The position numbers and the translations under genes are program-made. The notes under the pieces were generated by a model, which had not been told where the DNA came from, did not search any database, and was given only the letters and a program-made list of their open reading frames with translations. DNA of 63,462 nucleotides from a virus (Duplodnaviria > Caudoviricetes), in the IMG/VR virus record IMGVR_UViG_3300021185_002499, positions 1-63,462 of that record. The stretch is one strand, 5' to 3'. Positions 55,430 through 63,462 of this stretch are shown here, one piece after another (positions within the stretch are counted from its first letter, which is position 1; every line of letters begins with the position of its first letter).

Positions 55430-57853
55430 CTATCTTGGCTCAAAAGCCTCTAAGTTGAATCCACTACCCATGGTGTCATTACCGGCAGATTCAAATGTTT
55501 GTTCGCCTTTTTTATCTTTGCGCTGTTCTATTAGTTGAGATTGTTGCGAAGCTTGTATTCTAGTTCTTTCGTCTTTTCTATCTTCTTTATATTTTTCTTT
55601 ATTATTAAAAGCTTCACCTTCTTTATCTTTAAGAGCCATATTAAGATCAAACTCGTATTTCATAAGTTCTTTCTTAAACTCTTTTTCTTGTTGCATTTTT
55701 TGCATTTCAAGATCTAATTCAATTTGAATAAGCTGTGCTTTCTGACCTGTTATAGCTTCATTCTTTTGAATTTCCATTTGTGCAGCAACTTGAGTGTTTT
55801 GAGAATTTGCATCTGCCTGAGCTTGAATATTCGCTTGTTGTGTCTCTCTATCTAATTCTTGTTTCTTACGTCTGCGGACTTTTATTAATTGATTAGCTAA
55901 CTTGATATTTTTTATTTCTCTAATATCAATTGCATCCTCTAAGTATATCTGATCTTTAGATAACGCTTGCTGAATATTGTTTTCCAGCATTGCTTTCTCT
56001 TCTTCATCAGGTGACAACTCGATGAAAATACCAAAGTCATGCAGATGCATGTCTTTTATATCATCAAGTGTTGCTACGTTAAATCTTCCTATACTAGATA
56101 TGAATGCGTCTCTGGTTGGTGAATACTCAATAACATCTGATATTCTTAAGCTTATTGCTTCAGCAGTCTTTGCTGTTAAATATAAACTAGATTGTAATAT
56201 ATGTCTTGTAGCTGTGTTCGAGTTTGCTGCAGCTAGCTTTTGAATTCCTACCAAAGCATTTTGATCAGGCATAGAACCATCCCGAGCTTCATTTAATCCA
56301 GTTACATCGCGAATCATTTGTAAGTAATAATTATACGTACTTATTAATGATGATATTTTATTGTTACCACCATTTGATGTTAATTCTTGAATAGGAACTT
56401 TACCTGGATTCATATCACCATCCTGCGTTAGTGATCTACCTATAACAGATCCTGTTTGGAAAAACATGTTTAAAGCTTCCTGAGGATTATAATTGGTTCC
56501 ATTACCCAAATCTATTTCAGCTAAACCATCTGCATCTAAATAAACCCCATCAGGTATCATTCTTGACATTACCTGTTGAAGTTTTAAATGAGTTAATTGA
56601 ATCATATCAGCAAAGCTTGTTACTCTACTTACTAAAGATTCAATTTTACCTTTATATATTCTCGGAGCAACAATATTGTAATTCATCATTACTTTAGTAG
56701 TATCACTCTTAGGTCTTACCATATTCTTAGCAAGTTCCCATTTAAGAAGTTTTCCTGTACCTAAAACAAAAGCTCCATCATATACAACCTCTAAAGATCT
56801 AGATTCTTTGGTAAATGGAAGTTCTTCATCTGCAGGAGGATTAAACTGATCGTCTTTTTGAATAGCTTTATCAGCGCCAGATGCTGTTTTCTTTATTTTA
56901 TATACTTCATTATTATAAGTCTTATAATTAAAGTATAAAATTTGTATTGTATTTGCATCTAATACACTATCCTCATTTATAAATTTATTATGCGAAGCTG
57001 CTGTTTGAACACCTTGTTTAGTTAAAGATTTAAGCTCTTCATCTGATAAATTAGGAAATTGTTTCTTTATCTCATTGATTGTCACGCTTTTAACTTCTCC
57101 TACGTAGTATATGTCATCAAAATAAGGTGAATAAGTGTAAGAGTAAACTAAGTCTGCAGGGTCTACATATTTTACTCTTATCCCCTCAGAATGATTAAAC
57201 TCATGTTTACTTGCACCAATTCCAATTACTGCTAAATCATAATTAAACCTTCTTCTGGTTAGATCGTAATCGTTTGTATTAAACACGTGATTAACTGCTT
57301 GCTCTTCTGCAATTTCGATAGCTTGTTTATATTCAAGCTGCATTTGTAAACTTAATTCTTCTTCGTTCTCTGGTAATTTTGAAGGATCATTGCTATACAC
57401 GTTGATACCAAGGTCATTCATTATTTTATCAGAAATCTCTTTTGTTTGCATATCAGCTAATACTGATTCAACATAATCTGTTCTTTTCTTTACAGATGAT
57501 GGATCTTGTGAAAATGCTTTAATATCATAAAGTCTATCCGACATTCCATTAACTACTATGTCTACAAACTTTGGAATAATAGGCACAGGCTTCCAATCTA
57601 AATTTAAATAAGACAAATCACCATTAATAGATAATTCATCTTTATATTTCTTTATAGACTGCTCTCCTCTAGCATATAATCTTAAATTGTGATATTCATC
57701 TCTGTTAGAATAAAAACGGGTGGCACCAGAATCTTTTTTGAACCACTCGTGTTCAATAGCTCTAGCTACTTTTAATCCGTACTCTGAACTTGCTTTTTCA
57801 GCATCGCTCGCTATCTGACTTGGAAATGAACTTTTTAATATTGTTTCAGCCAT
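55430..57853 (-). CDS. Portal protein
   Basis: PIIPKFVDIVVNG..TGLNEARDG; Q-rich coiled-coil tail; follows terminase. Confidence 0.88.
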   Translation of the reverse strand: MAETILKSSFPSQIASDAEKASSEYGLKVARAIEHEWFKKDSGATRFYSNRDEYHNLRLYARGEQSIKKYKDELSINGDLSYLNLDWKPVPIIPKFVDIVVNGMSDRLYDIKAFSQDPSSVKKRTDYVESVLADMQTKEISDKIMNDLGINVYSNDPSKLPENEEELSLQMQLEYKQAIEIAEEQAVNHVFNTNDYDLTRRRFNYDLAVIGIGASKHEFNHSEGIRVKYVDPADLVYSYTYSPYFDDIYYVGEVKSVTINEIKKQFPNLSDEELKSLTKQGVQTAASHNKFINEDSVLDANTIQILYFNYKTYNNEVYKIKKTASGADKAIQKDDQFNPPADEELPFTKESRSLEVVYDGAFVLGTGKLLKWELAKNMVRPKSDTTKVMMNYNIVAPRIYKGKIESLVSRVTSFADMIQLTHLKLQQVMSRMIPDGVYLDADGLAEIDLGNGTNYNPQEALNMFFQTGSVIGRSLTQDGDMNPGKVPIQELTSNGGNNKISSLISTYNYYLQMIRDVTGLNEARDGSMPDQNALVGIQKLAAANSNTATRHILQSSLYLTAKTAEAISLRISDVIEYSPTRDAFISSIGRFNVATLDDIKDMHLHDFGIFIELSPDEEEKAMLENNIQQALSKDQIYLEDAIDIREIKNIKLANQLIKVRRRKKQELDRETQQANIQAQADANSQNTQVAAQMEIQKNEAITGQKAQLIQIELDLEMQKMQQEKEFKKELMKYEFDLNMALKDKEGEAFNNKEKYKEDRKDERTRIQASQQSQLIEQRKDKKGEQTFESAGNDTMGSGFNLEAFEPR

Positions 57854-57854
57854 G

Positions 57855-60062
57855 CTACTTAATTATTTGAGAATGCATTCCTTTATTGTTAAATCTTTTT
57901 ATTTGTATACCCACTGCTTGTTTTTCGTATTTAGGTTTAGGATGATATAAATGTCTATTGCAAGCCATTATAGCTAGCCCTGAACTTATTGTTGCATCAA
58001 ACTTGGTTCTTTTGTTTATATCAAACCTAGCCCAATCATTCAGTGTTCTGTTAAAATATATATTACCCCCGCCATCTTCATTAATACCTACATACTTTTC
58101 TATATAAGTTTCAATAGCAGCCGCGTGAGCTTGTTTAATATCTTCAGATGTATTGGGTATGCCTCCAATTTCTTTTTCGGTTACAGATAGTTTGTTCCAA
58201 ACCTTGTCTGGTCTATTCATTGAAAAATTCCTATAGCCTCTTCGCTTAATATGATATAACAATCTAGGTTTGTTATTCTCACATAGTATTGGCATACCAT
58301 AAAATATAATTGCCATTAGCATATCCTCAAAAAACATTTCTGCTGTCTGTGGACGTGCTACGTATTCTAAAAAGAATGAATTAGGCGGAGCATCTTCCAT
58401 GCTAAACTTAGTTAGTCCGTGTAATGCACCTTTAGATCCAACACCATCAACTGTTCCTGATATATCATAAGAGTCACATCCAAAAGCTCCCATATGATCA
58501 TTACCAGGATGTTTCACTCCATTCTTTACTATTACATTGTTTTGCAGGTTCTTAGGAGGAACCCATGAAACAAGAAACCTCCCTGAAGGGTTTGGGCTAA
58601 AAATAACTTTACTATCTTTAATACCATTCTCCCATGAGAAAGACCCTTTTGTTACAATCCCTTGTCTAACAAGGTCTTCGTTAAAGTCTATTTGCTCGTA
58701 TATTTTAGTTAAATTGAATATACTGTTTTTAGCTTCATCTCTAAACGCATGCTCCTCTGTTCTTGGAAATTGTCTATAATATTCATTTAAACCGTCTGAG
58801 TCGTGCTTAAGCCCATCAACTTCATTTTCCCAAAAGTCAATTACGCCTGTGTCGATATAATCTCCGGTATTTCCAAGGAGGGGTTCTTCTGGAGTATCAA
58901 ATACAGGGTATCCATGAGAATCAATGTATCCTTCGTAGTTCCATTCCATAGGGATGAACAAACTATATAATCCCGAGCTAGTCTGGCCATTCTTATTTCT
59001 TCTTGTGACGTCTGAGTCTCCATATAATTTTTTAAAGTTTCCTCCTCCTTTTTCTAAAGCATTTGATGTTGATCCCATCATACACTTTCCTATAATTCTA
59101 CTTCCTAATCGTAACGTAGTTTTTGTTACCCTCCAGTTATTTAATATATTATCAGGTCTTTCCCATTTACCAGATTCATCATGCACCAGTAATTTTAACT
59201 TCTCACCATCATAACTGTTATCTCCTGTGTTTTTCCAATCAATAGTGGTATCTAGTCCCTCTAGTATTTGCTTTTCAGTATTTGAGGTGATGGATTTCTT
59301 GGTAAGCTTGGAAGCGGGGACTCTGTAGGCAAGTTCCGATTTAGGCCGGTCCATTCCGTCTTGTATTGGTTTAAAGAAGAAGGGGTAGTTAACCGATATT
59401 GGCACGACTTTGTCAGTAAACATCTTTTTCGCATCCGCTCCAGTCTTAGAAAGAATTCCAAATCTTGAATCGGATGATATTGTTGCCTGGTTAACGGTCT
59501 CCCCTGACGCCATAAAACTAAAACCTGATCGTCTGTTTTTGAGGTAGCAAAGTCCGTAGCATCGTTTATCAGCTTTGCAAGCTTCCCAGAAGATAAAGAA
59601 TAATCTGTTGGCTTCTCTAAAATCCGGTCTCCCCACATCAATCTTAGTCCACTGCAGGTACATGTAGTGAGTGCCAGTAATATAAGTACTAACGCCTTTG
59701 TTATTGAACCAATGACCATTTTCACGCTTAGTAAACTCTTCGTCAATATATTCATACCAATTTGATTTAAATGTTTCTGGATAGCTTTCCCAATCAAATA
59801 TACTCTTAATTTGTTTTAACTCCTTAGGGTACTCGTATGGTGTCCACCTGTTGTTTGTTTTATCTATTGACTTGGGTGTTTCTGGTAATGCTATACATAA
59901 GTTTTGTATTTCAATGATCTCACCTATCTTACCAGTCTTACTTATGACCACTATGTCATACTCCTTGTTGTGCCCATATTCCCATTTGCTATAACGATTC
60001 ATTCGTTTTATAACATTTGGTTTTATAGGTGTTACAGTCTTTACTAAATATTGTTCGTACAT
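57855..60062 (-). CDS. Terminase large subunit
   Basis: LKNRRSGFS (Walker A variant), LVHDESGK (Walker B), GCDSYD nuclease motif, ENN, terminal D..IS. Confidence 0.9.
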   Translation of the reverse strand: MYEQYLVKTVTPIKPNVIKRMNRYSKWEYGHNKEYDIVVISKTGKIGEIIEIQNLCIALPETPKSIDKTNNRWTPYEYPKELKQIKSIFDWESYPETFKSNWYEYIDEEFTKRENGHWFNNKGVSTYITGTHYMYLQWTKIDVGRPDFREANRLFFIFWEACKADKRCYGLCYLKNRRSGFSFMASGETVNQATISSDSRFGILSKTGADAKKMFTDKVVPISVNYPFFFKPIQDGMDRPKSELAYRVPASKLTKKSITSNTEKQILEGLDTTIDWKNTGDNSYDGEKLKLLVHDESGKWERPDNILNNWRVTKTTLRLGSRIIGKCMMGSTSNALEKGGGNFKKLYGDSDVTRRNKNGQTSSGLYSLFIPMEWNYEGYIDSHGYPVFDTPEEPLLGNTGDYIDTGVIDFWENEVDGLKHDSDGLNEYYRQFPRTEEHAFRDEAKNSIFNLTKIYEQIDFNEDLVRQGIVTKGSFSWENGIKDSKVIFSPNPSGRFLVSWVPPKNLQNNVIVKNGVKHPGNDHMGAFGCDSYDISGTVDGVGSKGALHGLTKFSMEDAPPNSFFLEYVARPQTAEMFFEDMLMAIIFYGMPILCENNKPRLLYHIKRRGYRNFSMNRPDKVWNKLSVTEKEIGGIPNTSEDIKQAHAAAIETYIEKYVGINEDGGGNIYFNRTLNDWARFDINKRTKFDATISSGLAIMACNRHLYHPKPKYEKQAVGIQIKRFNNKGMHSQIIK

Positions 60063-60337
60063 TACTTAGATCTTCTTTCTGCAAAACCACTGAAGCTTTG
60101 TTTGTCTTCAATAGGTTTGTTTTCCATTAAATTCTTTTCTGCTTCAATACGAGTTAGTATTTCGAAAGCATCGAAGATTGCTAATTTTTTAGTAGCAGCC
60201 GCATTCTTTAGTCTATCAGCGGCTAATTCATCTTCACCACCCTCAACTATAATCTCTTCTTCTGCTACTCTTATTAATTCGTGTACCGCTTTATAACCAG
60301 CTTGGATTATATTCGGCTTCAGATCCTTTACGTCCAT
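60062..60337 (-). CDS. Putative terminase small subunit
   Basis: Small helical ORF coupled to the large terminase gene. Confidence 0.55.
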   Translation of the reverse strand: MDVKDLKPNIIQAGYKAVHELIRVAEEEIIVEGGEDELAADRLKNAAATKKLAIFDAFEILTRIEAEKNLMENKPIEDKQSFSGFAERRSK

Positions 60338-60890
60338 ATTTAATTGAAATTGAATTTAGTGGTACTCTGTATAATTTATCTCCATCTACAACAAACTCAT
60401 ATTCGCTGTTTGGTGTGAAACCTATTAAATCATTGTCTTCTAAGTTAAAGCTTCTTAAATCTTGTCCTAGGTGCTTTAAAACGCCCATAAGCGGCTCTTC
60501 TTGATCTACTGTTAACTTATTTAGACTATGAATGGGCTTTACAAAACAAAACCCTGGTGGTGTGCACCACTTTCCGTTTCTTTTGTATAAAAATATTTGG
60601 TCGCTATAACAAAAATACTTATCTTCTTGAAAATAACTTCTACTGTTTTTTTCGTCACCCCTCATGTCATAAAATCTTCTAAACACATTGTGGTGTACAA
60701 TAACTTCATCACCTATCTGTAGATATTCATTATCATTGACTAAAGGCAATTCTTTTATTACACCATTTCTGTTTACAAACTTATGGTCTTCTATTGAGGT
60801 ATTTAATATAAGTTCTTTATCATCAACACTTTTTTTATTATTGTATCTACCGTTAATTGGTTCAACAATATAAGCGTGAGTGTTTCTCAT
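60291..60890 (-). CDS. GroES-like protein with two tandem GroES-type halves
   Basis: YIVEP..LIL..GVI..P..IGDEVIV and FVKP..GVL..DLIGF..VDGDKLYRV. Confidence 0.55.
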   Translation of the reverse strand: MRNTHAYIVEPINGRYNNKKSVDDKELILNTSIEDHKFVNRNGVIKELPLVNDNEYLQIGDEVIVHHNVFRRFYDMRGDEKNSRSYFQEDKYFCYSDQIFLYKRNGKWCTPPGFCFVKPIHSLNKLTVDQEEPLMGVLKHLGQDLRSFNLEDNDLIGFTPNSEYEFVVDGDKLYRVPLNSISIKYGRKGSEAEYNPSWL

Positions 60891-61109
60891 TTAGTATTGT
60901 AAATTATATTCAATTGAGATAGCCATGTTTTTATTAAACTGCTTCCATGGCAAAGCTTCATCAGCTTTATTAATATATATTCTATAACTATCTTCTTCTT
61001 CTATTATTTCTGATATAGTGTGTCCGCCAAAGACTTCTTGGCCTACACTGTAGTGCATCGCATCGTTCTTGTAATCTCTACCAATGCTAATTTTTCTTAT
61101 TAGATTCAT
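60891..61109 (-). CDS. Hypothetical protein
   Basis: IRKISIGRDYK..AMHY.VGQ; coupled ORF. Confidence 0.6.
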   Translation of the reverse strand: MNLIRKISIGRDYKNDAMHYSVGQEVFGGHTISEIIEEEDSYRIYINKADEALPWKQFNKNMAISIEYNLQY

Positions 61110-61236
61110 TTTTATTATTATTTGATTCTTGCAAAATTGTAGAGATAGCTTGTACTTTAGCTAGCTCTTTAATTGGAAACTCATTTAATATTTGAGTTAT
61201 TTTATTAATTTGTTCTTGATTTAATTTAATTTCCAT
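61087..61236 (-). CDS. Micro-ORF (49 aa)
   Basis: MEIKLNQEQINKITQILNEFPIKE.. Confidence 0.45.
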   Translation of the reverse strand: MEIKLNQEQINKITQILNEFPIKELAKVQAISTILQESNNNKNESNKKN

Positions 61237-61295
61237 TTTATTTATATTTAGTTAATTATATTATTACGTATTAGTTATTATCTTCAAATCTTGCA

Positions 61296-63462
61296 TTATG
61301 CTATTGCTAAGTAAATGTAAGTGCTACCACTCGCATTTGAATTTCCAGAATCTCCGCTAATTGTAAAGCCATCAACATCAAAACTCATATACCTGCCTGC
61401 ACCTGCATCTGCTTCAGCAGCGTTACTGTTTGCAAATAAAGTGTCGTTATTATTGTTGTCAGCACTTGGATTTCTTAAAGAATCCCAGATTTCCCAATTT
61501 CCCACTGCGTTTGTTCTTTTTACCATTACAAATCTTGGTTGAAATCCTGTATCTACTTCTCTGCTTGTGTTATTCCCCGTATAACTCCCCACCTTCTGAT
61601 AACCATCTACTGAATGGAAGGCGTAAGATATGTATTCGTTACTGTTATTTTTATTCATCTCATTAGCACTAGAAACTCCTACTTTAAAAGTACTATCTCC
61701 GTATGACTGGTAGAACGTAGATGAACTACCCTTTGCAGCAGTCGTAAACGTTAAGTAATCATTAACACCAAATCCAGAAATTCCACCTATCCCAATAACC
61801 CAACTCGTAGGGTTACTTAACCCTTTTGTTATTATTAATTCTGGGTTATCATTAAGTCCGTGACCTATTGTAGAACCAGACACTCCATTTCCTGTCCACT
61901 TCACAACACTAAACCCACTTGCAGGATTCGCACTAACCACACTTGATATACTACCGTCATTATTTATAGTACTGTCATTAGATGCTTTCCAAGCCCAAGC
62001 GACGTAATCTTCGTTATTAGTATTTGTGGATAATGCTGTTCCTACTGTAAATCCATCAGAATCTAATGAAGAAAAATTAGCCGAAGAGTTAGTTTGAGTA
62101 TTAGTTAAATTAGGTATTATATAATTTGTCGCTCCCCTTATTGAATCTACTAATCTATGGTTGTCTGGTTGGTCACGATTCTTTACCCATAAAAGGTCTG
62201 GTTGGAATCCTAATCCAGTTATAGATTGAGTACTACCATTCCCTGTATAAGTAACTACGTTAAAACTATTAGCTAACTTTGGTTCTGGTTGTGTGTTCTC
62301 TTCTGCTATTGCTAAATAAATATAGTTTTTACCAGAAGCGTTAGTTGTTAACCCTGTTTCTGGTAAAGTAAAACCGTTAGAAGCAAAAGAAACACTATTA
62401 TTTCCATTTGCATCAGCTGAGGTTGCATCTGCTCTTAACATTAAGTCTCCCCCTCTTTTATTATCAAATAGTCCCCAAGAAGCACTATCATTTGTTACTT
62501 TAATCATAACAAAAGCAGGTCTAAACCCTGTTACAATACTATTCCCGCTTGCTCCAGTCCCTGTGTAAGAACCTACTTTAGACATTCCCTCTACGCTGTG
62601 GAAGCAGTAGTTGATATGGGAATCAGAGGAACTATTTTCATTCGTATATTGGTCTTTTGTTATATAAAACACATCTTGTGTTGAAGGTGGTTGACTAGCA
62701 TTTCCTTTTGCCGCTGTAGTATTTAAAAAAAGAAAATCATTACTTCCGTCTATTACTGTAGTAAGTGCTGCCCAACCTCCTGTTCCATTTATTTTTTTTC
62801 TTATCACTAATTCAGGAGCTTGAGATAATCCGTGTCCCACAGAAATATTTCCACTTACGTCATTTCCTGTATACTTCACAATACTAAATCCTGCCTCTGT
62901 AGAAGCTGATACTTGACTTGTAATTGTACCGCTCGTGTCTGTTACTTCTGCCCCTCCTGCTTTCCAGTTCCAAGAAACGTAATCTTCTCCGTTTTGATTA
63001 CTACCATTATCTGCCCCAACTTGAAATCCGTTATCAAGAAGCACCTCACCTGCTGCAACCTCGCTTTCTGCGTTGGTTACATTTGTAAATATTCTTTTCT
63101 TGTCACCCCTTACGGAATCAACTATCCTATGAGATGAAGTACTTGTTCTTTCTTTTATCCAAACCATATCTGGTTTTAGACCTGTATTGACAGTTATGTC
63201 TGTACCATTACCAGTATATAAAACAGGTTCAAAATAATCTGTCGGTACAATAGTAGGTTGACAATAAACCTCGTCATAAAGTGTAGTTACTTCGTCTGAT
63301 GTTATTGCTCTGTCGAATATGCGTACTTGGTCTAGTTTGCCGTTTAAAGGTCTTGTTGTATAAGCGCCTGATCTACCAAAAGTAAAGTTTGTACTGTGTG
63401 TTATAGCTGCATTACTTGCTGATACGGATGTGCCGTTATTAACATATAAATAGTTAGTTCCA
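61296..63462 (-). CDS. Large tail/virion protein, N-terminus beyond the right edge (LamG-like domain plus two repeated beta modules)
   Basis: The frame stays open upstream of Met 63167 to the edge: LNGKLDQVRIFDRAITSDEV (LamG-like). Two YTGNG..PD(M/L).W.K.R..YIYLAIA repeats. Confidence 0.75.
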   Translation of the reverse strand, partial: GTNYLYVNNGTSVSASNAAITHSTNFTFGRSGAYTTRPLNGKLDQVRIFDRAITSDEVTTLYDEVYCQPTIVPTDYFEPVLYTGNGTDITVNTGLKPDMVWIKERTSTSSHRIVDSVRGDKKRIFTNVTNAESEVAAGEVLLDNGFQVGADNGSNQNGEDYVSWNWKAGGAEVTDTSGTITSQVSASTEAGFSIVKYTGNDVSGNISVGHGLSQAPELVIRKKINGTGGWAALTTVIDGSNDFLFLNTTAAKGNASQPPSTQDVFYITKDQYTNENSSSDSHINYCFHSVEGMSKVGSYTGTGASGNSIVTGFRPAFVMIKVTNDSASWGLFDNKRGGDLMLRADATSADANGNNSVSFASNGFTLPETGLTTNASGKNYIYLAIAEENTQPEPKLANSFNVVTYTGNGSTQSITGLGFQPDLLWVKNRDQPDNHRLVDSIRGATNYIIPNLTNTQTNSSANFSSLDSDGFTVGTALSTNTNNEDYVAWAWKASNDSTINNDGSISSVVSANPASGFSVVKWTGNGVSGSTIGHGLNDNPELIITKGLSNPTSWVIGIGGISGFGVNDYLTFTTAAKGSSSTFYQSYGDSTFKVGVSSANEMNKNNSNEYISYAFHSVDGYQKVGSYTGNNTSREVDTGFQPRFVMVKRTNAVGNWEIWDSLRNPSADNNNNDTLFANSNAAEADAGAGRYMSFDVDGFTISGDSGNSNASGSTYIYLAIA

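Noticed and set aside
3492-63137. Antisense and nested ORFs in the track (for example 5337..5936, 12998..13639, 43678..44091, 59261..59797)
   Set aside because: They are shadows of well-supported genes on the other strand or frame, with no motifs or leaders of their own
1-63462. Stop-codon reassignment, diversity-generating retroelement, introns or inteins
   Set aside because: Long genes are intact in the standard code, no reverse transcriptase is seen, and nrdA, thyA, terminase and primase appear uninterrupted

Overview
A 63.5-kb AT-rich window that looks like most of the genome of a lytic, podovirus-like phage of a Bacteroidota (probably marine Flavobacteriia) host. The host is inferred from A-rich leaders lacking Shine-Dalgarno sites and from the gene content. 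The plus strand (about 14.0-31.5 kb) carries tiny early ORFs, then regulators (DnaA-domain-IV-like protein, HTH protein, sigma-70-family factor), recombination and replication genes (ERF, exonuclease, primase-helicase, resolvase) and nucleotide metabolism genes (ThyA, MazG-like, NrdB, NrdA). No DNA polymerase was recognised. The minus strand carries late genes: terminase, portal, scaffold, major capsid, tail proteins including a 3004-aa one, and putative ejection proteins (63.4 to 31.6 kb), plus GroEL/GroES, lysis and tail-fibre genes (13.7 kb to 1). The main unexplained structures are: (1) seven copies of a three-box motif TTACA-N5-AACACGA-N8-GGATAATA with promoter geometry in front of early ORFs; (2) a sigma-70 region-2-like domain plus an HExxH metallopeptidase motif inside the 2120-aa putative injected virion protein, suggesting an injected sigma-like factor for the early promoters (inference); (3) a roughly 300-nt non-coding block of four back-to-back stem-closed RNA domains, two sharing a four-way-junction motif; and (4) three copies of a long-spaced inverted repeat, one covering the start codon of an HTH protein. 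All protein calls come from motif recognition by eye, not from database searches.
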